Assembly (NCBI RefSeq): GCF_006345805.1
Contig: NC_042998.1
Location: 172,174,001 to 172,238,000 of the forward strand
Reading direction: 5' to 3'
Origin: Octopus sinensis
Lineage: Eukaryota
DNA length: 64,000 bases
Shown: piece by piece, positions 1 to 10,508 of the stretch
Numbering within the stretch: position 1 is the stretch's first letter
Layout: every line of letters starts with the position of its first letter
Notes under the pieces: model-generated
Told to the model about the DNA's origin: nothing
What the model saw: only the letters and a program-made list of their open reading frames with translations
The model's database searches: none
Program-made: the position numbers and the translations under genes

Positions 1-1038
1 GCTCCTGTCAAGCCATTTAGCCCAGATGGAAGACAGATGTTAAGTGATGATGATGATACCAGCAGAAAAACTGTTTAAACTGCATGTAAGGAATATTAAT
101 AGAGAATTTACAGACACTATGACAAGAAATATGGAAAATATTAATCTAAAGAATTCATCTTTCATGGCACACAATGACACCACCGTCACTACTACTACTA
201 CTACTACTAATAATAATAATAATGATAATTTCAATTTTTAGCACAAGACCAGCAATTTTGGGGAAGGGATTATGTTGAATCCATTGCTCAACTGGTTCTT
301 ATTTTATCGACCCCCAAAAAAGATGAAAGGCAAAGTTGACCTTGGCAGAATTTGAATACAAGACGTAAAGACTGACAAAATGCCAATTAGCAGTTTGCCT
401 AGTGTGCTAATGATTCTATCAGCTTGCTACCTTGTAAATACCTTGTAAATGATTGTAAATACAAGGAGCTGAAATGGGGCTCCTCCAAAGGACCTCTGGA
501 GCAATGTTACTTAACAAAGCACTTAGCTTGGAGATCAGGGATTATCTCCAGGCTGAGTCACTACTCCTCCACATTGATAGGTAACAGCTCCAATACGACT
601 GGCACATGACTAGAATGTTGCAGGAATGAACTACAAGCCCAGAAGTAGACCAAGAATAAGATACCCATAGTCTCAGTTGGTCCTGCTTGAGAATCCAGCC
701 AGAAAGTGTAATGAAGGTAGCTTCTGATAGGACCCTATGGAGGAGTCATCTGAAGACTCTATTTCCATGACTCACCCAGGAATAGTGGGCATGCAATGCT
801 GCATGGTAATGAAACATGGGCCTTGAATGCAAAGAATGGATGGAATAATAATAATAATAATAATTTTTTTCTAATTTTGACACAAAGCCAGTAATTGTAG
901 TGGAAGGGTGTTAGTTGCAACCATTGACTCCAGTATGCAGGATTGGTAGGATTTGAACTCTGAACATAATGAGCCAGATGAAATGCCACTCAGCATTATG
1001 TCTGGCATAATAATAATTCTGCCAGTTTGTTGCCTTAA

Positions 1039-1246
1039 CTCTTTAGCATTCAGATTATTCTGTTGAGCATAATGCTTATTTTTTCAAATTGGTTTGAATT
1101 AATCATACATTATCTCTCTGCTTCTAGATTTCAATGATATGATGATATAATTTTATAACGACATTTTATGGTAGGTATGAGGCCGAATTTGGTCAGTTTA
1201 AATGTAAAACATGTAGAATATTTGGGCTAGTTTAAATGTTAAAAGG
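1039..1246 (+). mobile_element. piggyBac-type MITE, family 1
   Basis: TTAA on both sides. Termini CTCTTTAGCATTCAGA ... TTTAAATGTTAAAAGG. Internal sequence shared with the copies at 3146, 3537 and 46224. Confidence 0.8.
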
Positions 1247-2000
1247 TTAATTATTTCATATTTTATCACAAGGTTAGCAATTATAAGGGGAGAAGGCAAA
1301 TCAGTTACGTCAACCACCCACCCACCGATACTTGACTAGTGTTTTAATTTATCAATCTTGGAGGGACGAAAGGCAAATTTGATCCCAGCAGGATTTGAAC
1401 TCAGAATGTTAAGAATCAGAATAAATACCATAAAGCATTTTTTCTGATGCTTTACAGAAAAAAGAGTCTGTTAACTCATCACTATAATAATATGGATGAG
1501 GGTAAATGAAATCTCAAGAAGTTCATGTTGTTTCCAGGGTAGATTTGGTTTGCAGTGTGGAATTTGCCATTTTAAAGGTTATATATTAATAATATAATAA
1601 TTAGTGAAATCAAAAGAAAATGCAATGCTTACCGCAATGAAACCCTGTCTAACAGGAAATGGAATGGCAGAGTGTTTGAATGTTGATGCTGTCGGCCAAA
1701 CGTTTGTCCAGTCATCTGTGATTTTCATTTTGTGATAACGAGGAGGAAGAGACTGAAAAAAAAATAATATAAATGTTAGGAAAAAATAATAATCACTTTT
1801 AAAGAAAATAAATGAGAGAATATATCTCTATCTCTATCTATCTATCTATCTATCTATCTATATATATATAGGTTGAAAAATGATTAGAGACCTATACAAA
1901 TAAAATTTTTATATATGAAAGATGGGGGTGGAAATAGCACAGAAGTAAGTCTAAGACATTTCAATTTAAGAGAGAATTTAATAAAAAAGAATATAAAGAA

Positions 2001-2040
2001 AATATTACCAGTTTCGATGTATCTCATCTTATCAAATATC
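2001..2040 (-). ncRNA. Minimal type-I hammerhead ribozyme motif (U3:A8 variant)
   Basis: Minus strand reads GAUAU-UUGAUAA-GAUG(AGAUA)CAUC-GAA-ACUGGU-A-AUAUU: stem I, core, stem II, GAA, self-complementary stem III, GUA cleavage triplet, stem I. Confidence 0.7.
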
Positions 2041-2100
2041 AGTAAAAATTTATAAAAATTTGAAGTAAAAACAGTTTATCTTCTCTCTGGGGGTCAAGAA

Positions 2101-2140
2101 CATGTTTCATAAGATGAGATTCATCAAAACTGGTAATATT
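2101..2140 (+). ncRNA. Degenerate second copy of the hammerhead motif
   Basis: CAUGU-UUCAUAA-GAUG(AGAUU)CAUC-AAA-ACUGGU-A-AUAUU: same layout, but G5>C and G12>A in the catalytic core. Confidence 0.55.
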
Positions 2141-2487
2141 TTCTTTATATACTTTTTTTTATTAAATTCCCACTTAAATTGAAATGTCTTAGATTTACTT
2201 CTGTGCCATTTCCACCCATATCTCTTATATATATATGTATGTATATACAGTTTCATCTTTTGTTAAAGCTTAATTTTCAATAACAACTAATTTTTGAATC
2301 AAGACAAAGTTATAAAATTTGAATCTTAAGAAGGAAATTTAATTATGCAAAATGCCTCCAAACTGAATAAAGTCTTGTTTATAATAAAGATTTAAATTAT
2401 TTTAAAATTCACTTTTAATGATATGATAGAACCACAAAATCATTTGAAAATGAGCCAATATAGTGCTTTTGCTAGATTTTATACCAA

Positions 2488-2605
2488 ACTAGCAGTATTG
2501 CCCGGCATTGATCGGGTTTGTAAGGGAAATAACTAAATAAGCATTTTTAGCGAGTTATAGCAAAAAAATGCATTAAAAATGGAATAAAAAATGGTAATTT
2601 TGGTG
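2488..2605 (+). mobile_element. 5' end of a non-autonomous Helitron/Helentron-like element, cut by an RTE insertion
   Basis: Starts ACTAGCAG with a subterminal hairpin CCCG-GCATTGAT-CGGG (2501-2516), a layout typical of HINE/Lep1-like elements. Ends where a (TCA)n LINE tail begins. Confidence 0.5.
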
Positions 2606-2791
2606 TCATCATCATCATCATCATTGTTTAATGTCCACTTTCCATGCTAGCATGGGTTGGACGATTTGACTGAGGTCTGGCGAACCATATGGCTGCACCA
2701 GACTCCAATCTGATCTGGCAGAGTTTCTACAGCTGGATGCCCTTCCTAATGCCAACCACTCCGAAAGTGTAGTGGGTGCTTTTACGTGCCA
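2606..2791 (-). mobile_element. 5'-truncated RTE LINE 3' end
   Basis: (TCA)n tail, then gtttaatgtccactttccatgctagcatgggttgg..., matching the 3' ends of the RTE copies at 31167, 33888 and 63203. Confidence 0.85.
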
Positions 2792-2835
2792 AATGTACTG
2801 AAGTATTGTAGAACTGGATACATTATCACATTATC

Positions 2836-3118
2836 TTCACTCCTGCTCCAGAGCGTCGGCTGCGAGGTCATTCCGAAAAGCTCTACCTGCGACGATTTCA
2901 TCTCAATCGAAGGAGAGGAGCTTTCTTTGTCTGGGTTGCGGATCCGTGGAACAAGCTGCCAGACGAGATGGTGAAGATGCCGACGACTGCTTTGTTCAAA
3001 GTCTCCCTTGACCTCAAGTGGCCTGAACTCTTTACATGAACACCACCCTGTACATAACTCCATGTCCTCCTACATGGCCTTGCTTTTTGCTTTTGCGCCA
3101 AAAGATTAACTAACTAAC
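2836..3118 (+). mobile_element. CR1/L2-group LINE 3' fragment
   Basis: Open frame 2836-3039 FTPAPERRLRGHSEKLYLRRFHLNRRRGAFFVWVADPWNKLPDEMVKMPTTALFKVSLDLKWPELFT* is the typical C-terminus of these ORF2 proteins. 3' stem-loop CCATGT-cctcct-ACATGG (3060-3077) and a (CTAA)n tail. Confidence 0.8.
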
Positions 3119-3145
3119 ATTACACAACACATGTGGTGGATTTAA

Positions 3146-3350
3146 CTCTTTAACATTCAGATTATGCTTATTTATTCACATTGTTTTCAAATAATCATGC
3201 ATTATCGTATGGCTTCAAAATTTTGATGACGTGATTGCATATTTTTAGAATGACATTGTAGGGTAAATGTGAGAGGCCAGATCTGGTCAGTTTGAGCATA
3301 AAACAGGCAGAATATTTGGGCCAGATATGGCCAGTTTAAAAGCTAAAGGA
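3146..3350 (+). mobile_element. piggyBac-type MITE, family 1
   Basis: TTAA flanks. Termini CTCTTTAACATTCAGA ... TTTAAAAGCTAAAGGA. Confidence 0.8.
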
Positions 3351-3536
3351 TTAATTAAACTTTTGAACTGGTAGCTCTACATCATATCAACAAGACTGTT
3401 GCTTTTGCTAGTAGTGAGTGATGACTACTGAATAGTACTGCATGAATATATTCCACTGCACAAATAGTAATAATTATGGTACAAGTAAACACAAAAGGTG
3501 CTTATATTAAAGAATGACTTCACTTAGGAAGTTTAA

Positions 3537-3736
3537 CCCTTCAGTATTTACATTATTCTGTCAAATGTAATGTTTATTTATTCACATTATTATCTTGTAG
3601 CAATGAGATTTTGATGGGGTAGCTAAATGTTTTTAGAATGATATTGCAGGGTTAGTGTGAGAGGCCATATTTGGTCAATTTAAGCAATGAACAGGTAGAA
3701 TAATTTGGCTAAATATGGCCAGTAAATGCTAATGGG
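3537..3736 (+). mobile_element. piggyBac-type MITE, family 1 (diverged)
   Basis: TTAA on the left, TTAC on the right. Same internal sequence as the other family-1 copies. Confidence 0.7.
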
Positions 3737-3884
3737 TTACGGAAGACAGTGACTAAGATTTCTGTTTTTTTTTCTTTCTAACCAATTAATCAGAAAAGGA
3801 GTAAGAAGAATCCACAGTTAAAGATAGTCATTCTGGAATAGGCAGGTAAAAAGTTTAGTTAATTTTCAAGTTTGAAACACAGTA

Positions 3885-4215
3885 TAATAATAATAATAAT
3901 AATGAAATTATTGTATACAGTGCTCAGCTGCACCACAACTTGTCAGAAAGTGCATATAAAGTACATGCAGTAATGTAGAAATGTCTGGAAAGCGAACAAT
4001 GTATGAGTCAGATACATGCTTGTGTGTGTATGGAGGGGAGAAAATCAAGTGTAGTGTTGGCGAATCTCAGGAAGCATGGATGTTTTGAAGGATGCAGTGC
4101 TCCGACAACTAACAACCAATGCCGGCAGTTTGTTCCATGCTTCAGCAACTCTCAGCGTGAAAAAATGTTTCCTGAAGTCATGGGAGCTGTGCTGTTTTCT
4201 TACTTTGTAAATATG
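3885..4215 (-). mobile_element. CR1/L2-group LINE 3' fragment
   Basis: Minus frame ...HIYKVRKQHSSHDFRKHFFTLRVAEAWNKLPALVVSCRSTASFKTSML..., the classic ORF2 C-terminal motif. (TTA)n tail at 3885-3903. Confidence 0.8.
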
Positions 4216-5264
4216 TATGTTTGTTGGCAGGAAGAGAATTCCAGAGGAATGCAGTTCTAATAACAAGTTTGTGAGTTTAGTAGAAGATAGAGGGAATAAA
4301 ACACAGTAGTGTGTCAAGAAGAGAGTCAATACTAATGGAAGTACAATGAAGTGTGACAGACAAAAATTGTTTAAGAAATTTATCATCCAAGTACAGGACA
4401 ACCTACAGAGATATGGATTTATGTGCATATTGCTCATATATGAAGCCATTCATAAATAGGAGTAAAGACAAAGATACACAAAATGGTTTTGCTAGCAACG
4501 AAGAAGCCACAAGCTGATTACCATATCAAACATTGTCATGTACTTGGCTTTGCAGCACAACACTATCTATAATTTTAACCAACAGCATGGAAGACAAAGG
4601 ATTATGACCTCAAGACTGTTGTTGCTACTTAGCACCAAGTTGACACTGATTGAGCAGCTCTTATGATTTAAGGCATATTACGAGTCACCCTATATTTGTA
4701 GGGGTGTGTCTTAAACTACATTATTCAGTTTGTTGCAAATTGAACATTTTGACTGCTATTTCTAGCAGGTCGAATGGCCACTTAAAAGTTTTCTTATTGG
4801 CATCACTGGTGAGGCTGAAAGTATATATGATCATATCAAGCACCTACAATAGGGCACGAAGGTCATTATTTAATGTTACAATTTGGGAGATATGTTAGAT
4901 ATGATAAAGATCACTAATAAACAATTAAGAGATTAGGGTTTAGTAAAAAAAAAATTAAATTAACATATTAAAAGTATATTTGCACTGGCTATATGCTTAC
5001 CACCATGACCCTATGTTCAAATCTTAACCTAACAATTTTCTTGTTCTCTCAAACAAGGCGAATAACTCTACAATGCTTAAATTTAGCTGTGAGAAAATAG
5101 CACTCATTCTAACTTGACACTTGTGAGACACGAAGGAAGCAATATAGTTGCTCAGCAAGTTAGAAATAGCAGCCAAATCTCCCTGAGCCTCTACCTACTT
5201 AAAAAAAAAAATAATAGAAAGATACATTCATTAATGTAATTCTAGGGAGGGTGGTCATAGTTGA

Positions 5265-5597
5265 CGCATGGCTCAGTGGTTAGAGCGTCGAGCTTACGAT
5301 CGTGAGGTTGTGAGCTCGAATCCCGGACGGGGCTGCGTGTTGTGTTCTTGAGCAAGGCACTTTATTTCACGTTGCTCCAGTTCACTCAGCTGTAGAAATG
5401 AGTTGCGACGTCACAGGTGCCAAGCTGTATCAGCCCTTGCCTTTCCCTTGGACAACATCGGTGACGTGGAGAGGGGAGGCCGGTATGCATGGGCGACTGC
5501 TGGTCTTCCATAAAACAACCTTGCCCAGACTTGTGCCTCAGAGGGTATCTCTCTAGGTGCAAACCCATGGTCGGTGCCTGACCGAAGGGGGTCTTCA
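5265..5597 (+). mobile_element. tRNA-derived SINE with CORE-like central domain
   Basis: A box TGGCTCAGTGG and B box-like GCTCGAATCC, then gtgttcttgagcaaggcacttt.... Perfect 12-bp target-site duplication GGTCATAGTTGA (5253-5264 and 5598-5609). Confidence 0.9.
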
Positions 5598-6757
5598 GGT
5601 CATAGTTGAAGTGCTTTAGAGCATAGTTTTCAGCTTAATCAGAGCTAAACAACAAATTCAAAGCTGAGTGGTTACTACATATGAATAGCATCCAGCTGTA
5701 AAAAGTATTTCTTCAACAAATATAATCACATTTATAAGAGAGAGAGAGAGAGAAAGAGAACAGTATGAAAAGCTAAAACTGATTACCTCTTTTCTTCTTT
5801 TTTTCTGCATTCCTTTCTTTTTTTTTATGTTAACACCTGGAATCTCAAGCACCCTAAATTCTTCATTTTCTGTCAAACAATAAAATCAATAATTATAGAA
5901 ATAAATCTAAAAATAAACCAAGGTTATATATTAGAAAGGCTAAACAATTAAACACAGTTTTTGTTTTCATTTTGCCAATGTACTTTAATTTCCTTCTTCA
6001 TGTCATTGTCTTCGCTTTTCTCTAAGTAGTAAAATTATATCCTATGCTCTTAAAATACACACAGTCATATAAATTTATATAACAATACAGACATGTGCAC
6101 TGTTTTGATTATACTGGATATTTTTTGTGATTCATTACGTTAATGGAAACACAAAAATCGTTAAAAAAAAATGTTAAAATCTTGGAAGTTCTAAAAACAT
6201 TCTAATAGTATTTATACTAATTAATAGAAATGAATTCAGGATTATTTAACAGAAATGTCATCATGTAACACAACATAATTAACATTTTGGTATTAAAAAT
6301 TAGCAATTTTAGTATTTATAAAATAATTATAAAATGAATTAAATATCCTAATTATTTCTAATGTTAGAAGTGAAAATTGAAGAAAATAAAATTTAAGAAT
6401 TTCCAATTGTTTTTATTTATAAATCGTGTTCAATAGTTTTAATGAAGAATTGAAAGACAAGTTGGAGGGGAACTAACCACATTATAGAACTAAAAGAAAG
6501 AAGTAACAACCCACTATTAGAATGATATAATCAAACTAAGTTACTCACCCAGTTTTGTAAACTTTTTTTTTTTTAGCTTAGAAAAGTGTTTCTCAACCTT
6601 GTTATACCAATGGACCCCTTTGATTTCTATTTTACTGAGCTGAACTCTCCTTGCCATTTGATGTTTAAAAATTTCGGTTATATTTTTTATAATACTTGGA
6701 AAAAGTACGTGCACCATGTTAAAATAATGAACTGAATGAACACACACACCACAAAAA

Positions 6758-7180
6758 TATATGTGGCTGTGTGGTAAGTAGCTTGCTTACCAACCACATG
6801 GTTCCGGGTTCAGTCCCACTGCGTGGCATCTTAGGCAAGTGTCTTCTACTATAGCCTCGGGCCGACCAAAGCCTTGTGAGTGGATTTGGTAGACGGAAAC
6901 TGAAAGAAGCCCGTCGTATATATGTATGTATATATATATATATATATATATAAGTGTGTGTGTATATGTTTGTGTGTCTGTGTTTGTCCCCCTAGCATTG
7001 CTTGACAACCGATGCTGGTGTGTTTACGTCCCCGTCACTTAGCGGTTCGGCAAAAGAGACCGATAAAATAAGTACTGGGCTTACAAAGAATAAGTCCTGG
7101 GGTCGATTTGCTCGACTAAAAGGCGGTGCTCCAGCATGGCCGCAGTAAAATGACTGAAACAAGTAAAAGAGTAAAGAGTA
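6758..7180 (+). mobile_element. tRNA-derived SINE with internal (TA)n(TG)n
   Basis: Head gtggctgtgtggtaag...ggttcagtccc, CORE-like ggcaagtgtcttctactatagc, internal microsatellite, (GTAAAAGA)n-like tail. Partial minus-strand relatives near 27700, 28800 and 61050. Confidence 0.85.
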
Positions 7181-7633
7181 TCATTTTAATATGGCACACA
7201 AACTTTTCCCTCAACCTAATAAAATATTATTAGAAATTGTATAAAAATATTAAAATGTTTTGAGTATTGTATCCAATTTACTACAGATAAATTTCACTGT
7301 TTTTAGGTTGTTAGAAATTATCATTATTATTATTGTTGTTATTATTTTTAGGAAGTTGGAAAGCTGGCAGAATCCTTAATGCTTTGGCCAAAATACTTAG
7401 TAGTATTCCTTCTGGCTTTTTACATTCTGAATTCAAATGCCACTGAAGTTAACTTTGCCTTTTGTCTTTTGGGGATCAATAGTAAAAAGTACCACTCAAG
7501 TACTTGAATCAACGTAAGCAAGTTGCTCCCACCCCATCAAAATTTCTGGCCTTGTATCAGAATCTGAAAGGATTATTAGGGTGGTGGATTTGGAGAATTA
7601 TTATAGCATCAAATAAAATATTTTGCAGTGTTT

Positions 7634-7946
7634 GTGGAGGCACAATGGCCCAGTGGTTAGGGCAGCAAACTCGCGGTTGGAGGATCCCAGTTTCGATTCC
7701 CAGACTGGGCGTTGTGTTGTGTTGTGTTTATTGAATGAAAACACCTAAAGCTCTACGAGGCTCTGGCAGGGGGTGGTAGCAACCCCTGTTGTACTCTTTC
7801 GCCCCAACTTTCTCTCACACTTTTCTCCTGTTTCTTGAGTAATGCTGTGATGGACTGGTGCCCTTCCAGCTGGAGGGAACATATATGCCATAGAAACCGG
7901 GTCCATCAGCCTGGCTAGGCTTGAAAAGGGCACATAAATAATAAAA
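7634..7946 (+). mobile_element. tRNA-derived SINE (same family as 10189-10508)
   Basis: A box TGGCCCAGTGG, B box GTTTCGATTCC, A-rich tail. Aligns along its length to the copy at 10189. Confidence 0.85.
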
Positions 7947-8123
7947 GTATATGTTACAACTATTTACATTCATATCTAGCCTGTTCATCTATTCAGGATC
8001 AATGAAAATAAAAAAACCAGTAATTGACAGGGCTTAGCTTTCTCCCAAATCTCAAGCTCTGTGAATCTATCCTTTTAGGGTTAATAAAATAAGTACCAGT
8101 TGAGAAATTGTGCCTTTGTGTTG

Positions 8124-8247
<124 letters not shown>

Positions 8248-8952
8248 TGATAAGTTCAGCGAGGTTATCTTTACTGGGAAGATTGTTTTACAACAATCTA
8301 TTCCAATCTTTAGAAAACATGCTCCAGAGTGTTCTACCTCCTAAAATAACTGCTCTGAATTCATCATCTATCAATATATCACACTCACCCCAATATCTTA
8401 AAGCTATAGTTTCCTGGAATGATTAGTTAATTCTAAATTCTATGCTGGGAGCATGGTTAAGTCAATCAACTAACTTTCAATAGTCAGTTTCTCAAGATGA
8501 ACTGTGCCAGAAAGAGGGAACAGCTGAGCTTGATAATATAAACAGCAAAATTGTTGCTAAACTGACAGGTGGTGGGTTAGTGAGTTCAACTTCCTCCATA
8601 GGTATAGCTTGGAGAACACGAGATTCATCAAACTAAGTTGCACTAGATACATTACAAGAAGATAAATATTTCAGTGATATTCCGAGACATTTTAGAAACA
8701 TGCTCCAGTATGTTCTATCTCCTAATAAAATAACTGCTCTGAACTCACCATTTCTCAATGTATCACACTCACTTCCAATATCTCAAAGCTATAATTTCCT
8801 GGAACCTTTGAGACATAGCAATAACATTGTTGCACTATATGGTTATGGTTCGATATTAAGATACAGCAGTTTTTGTTGAGCAAGGTACATAACTCTGCTT
8901 GCTTCAGTCTTTCTGGTTAAAACAAAAAAGTTATAGTCCCTACTTTGTGGAT

Positions 8953-9022
8953 GAACAATTAGCAATAGTAAGAATAACCTATAGTTGGAACAATTAGCAA
9001 TAGTAAGAATAACCTATAGTTG
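8953..9022. repeat. Perfect 35-bp tandem duplication
   Basis: gaacaattagcaatagtaagaataacctatagttg twice (8953-8987, 8988-9022). Confidence 0.95.
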
Positions 9023-9425
9023 GACAATTGTTCAAAGATGTAAATGTACATATTTTTCAAAAAGACTTTCCCATGCATTGAAAAGTGTAAAAGATGTATT
9101 TATTAATATTATATTGCATTATTACTGTGTCATACCTAAACTGCAGGTTATACCTGATTCTTTATTTCTATTCTTATACTCCTAGTTCAGGTCTAGAGTG
9201 TCTTATACTTTTACCACTACAATACTTTTAAGAATAACAACATCCATGACTCTTGCAAGGTTGCTGAGACTGATGAGAGTAAAGAGAAGAGAAAACCAAA
9301 ACTTCACTTGGATGCAATGCATTACAATAAGCAGTTATTTTCAAGTCAGAGAGCTTAATCTGGGTGCTTGCAACAGAATGGAATTTGTTAAAGGCACAAA
9401 ATGGCCCAGTGGTAGTGCTGAACTT

Positions 9426-9660
9426 GAAAGGCGGTGAGCTGGCAGAGATGTTAGCACGCCGGGCGAAATGCTTTGCGGTATTTCGCCCGTCGCTACGTTC
9501 TGAGTTCAAATTCTGCCGAGGTCGACTTTGCCTTTCATCCTTTCGGGGTCGATAAATTAAGTACCAGTTACGCACTGGGGTCGATGTAATCGACTTAATC
9601 CGTTTGTCTGTCCTTGTTTGTCCCCTCTGTGTTTAGCTCCATGTGGGTAGTAAAGAAATA
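9426..9660 (+). mobile_element. SINE (ggcggtgagctggcag family), full copy
   Basis: Perfect 15-bp TSD GGTAGTGCTGAACTT (9411-9425, 9661-9675). Reverse-complement match to 33513-33753. Many degraded relatives (e.g. near 240-420, 43690-43870, 60300-60370). Confidence 0.9.
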
Positions 9661-9764
9661 GGTAGTGCTGAACTTAGTGAGATATTAGGTCTAACAGACA
9701 AGAAATATTATTTTAGTTTCTTGACAATGCTGATTCAATTATTTATAACAGGCACAGACAAGGC

Positions 9765-10105
9765 TCTGGGGTTAAGAAGTTTGACTTCCAAACCATGAGT
9801 TTTGTGTTTAGTTCTAGCGAACAGCACCACAGGCAAGTGTCTTCTACCATTCTCTTGTGCCAACCAAAGTCTTGAAAATGTATTTGATAGACAGAAATTG
9901 AAAGACACTTGTTGTACATGTGTATATGTTCACCACCCACTTATCTTGACATTGCGTTATGTTGTAAACAAGCGCCACCAGCATACAAATAACGTCGTTT
10001 GTTTCCTACCGTCCATGAAAACGTGTCCAGATCGGCCATGGAGAAATACTACCTTGCTTGGAAACAGGTGAGGGTTGGTATCAAGAAAGATATCCAACTA
10101 TAGAA
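9765..10105 (+). mobile_element. Degraded tRNA-derived SINE with RTE-related 3' part
   Basis: Head resembles the 6758 SINE. 3' part (cttgcttggaaacaggtgagggttgg...) matches reverse copies near 19480, 41250 and 43890. Confidence 0.6.
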
Positions 10106-10188
10106 AATGTGAAAAATAATTGATGTAAAAGAAGTTAAGAAAAATGCCGTCACTGAAGAAAACTTCAGCCATCGCCATGTGAGTGGAG

Positions 10189-10508
10189 GCGCAATGGCCC
10201 AGTGGTTAGGGCAACAGAATCACGCTTTCGATTCCCAGACCGGGCGCTGCGTGTGTTTATTGAATGAAAACACTTAAAGCTCCACGAGGCTTCGGTAGGG
10301 GGTGGTGACGACCCCTGTTGTAATCTTTCGCCCCAACTTTCTCTCACTCTTTCACGCCCTATATTAACCACTCTTTCTTCCTGTTTCTTGGGTAACGCTG
10401 TGATGGACTGGCGTCCCGTCCAGCTGGGGGGAACACACAAACCGGGAAACCGGGCCCATGAGCCTGGCTGGGCTTGAAAAGGGCGCATAAAAAAATATAA
10501 AAAAACGA
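10189..10508 (+). mobile_element. tRNA-derived SINE with 10-bp TSD
   Basis: TSD GTGAGTGGAG at 10179-10188 and 10509-10518. A-rich tail. Homologous to 7634-7946. Confidence 0.9.

Larger units (their letters stand above)
1911..2232. mobile_element. (TA)n-flanked foldback, probable Penelope-like (PLE) inverted terminal-repeat relic
   Basis: Arms 1911-2035 and 2105-2232 are reverse complements (ggtggaaat.gcacagaagtaa.tctaagacatttcaatttaag...aaagaaaatattaccagttt.gatg.atctcatcttat) with a ~70-bp spacer. Each arm carries a hammerhead-like motif at its inner end and TA repeats at its outer end. Confidence 0.7.

Noticed and set aside
4045-4449. 134-aa minus-strand ORF with a hydrophobic N-terminal half
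   Set aside because: The C-terminal part is the ORF2 end of a CR1/L2-type LINE. The N-terminal part has no recognisable homology and looks like chance read-in from flanking DNA.
5265-5335. tRNA-like sequences with A and B boxes (also 7634, 10189, 17958)
   Set aside because: They continue into SINE bodies with tails, and in two cases clear TSDs, so they are SINE heads, not tRNA genes.
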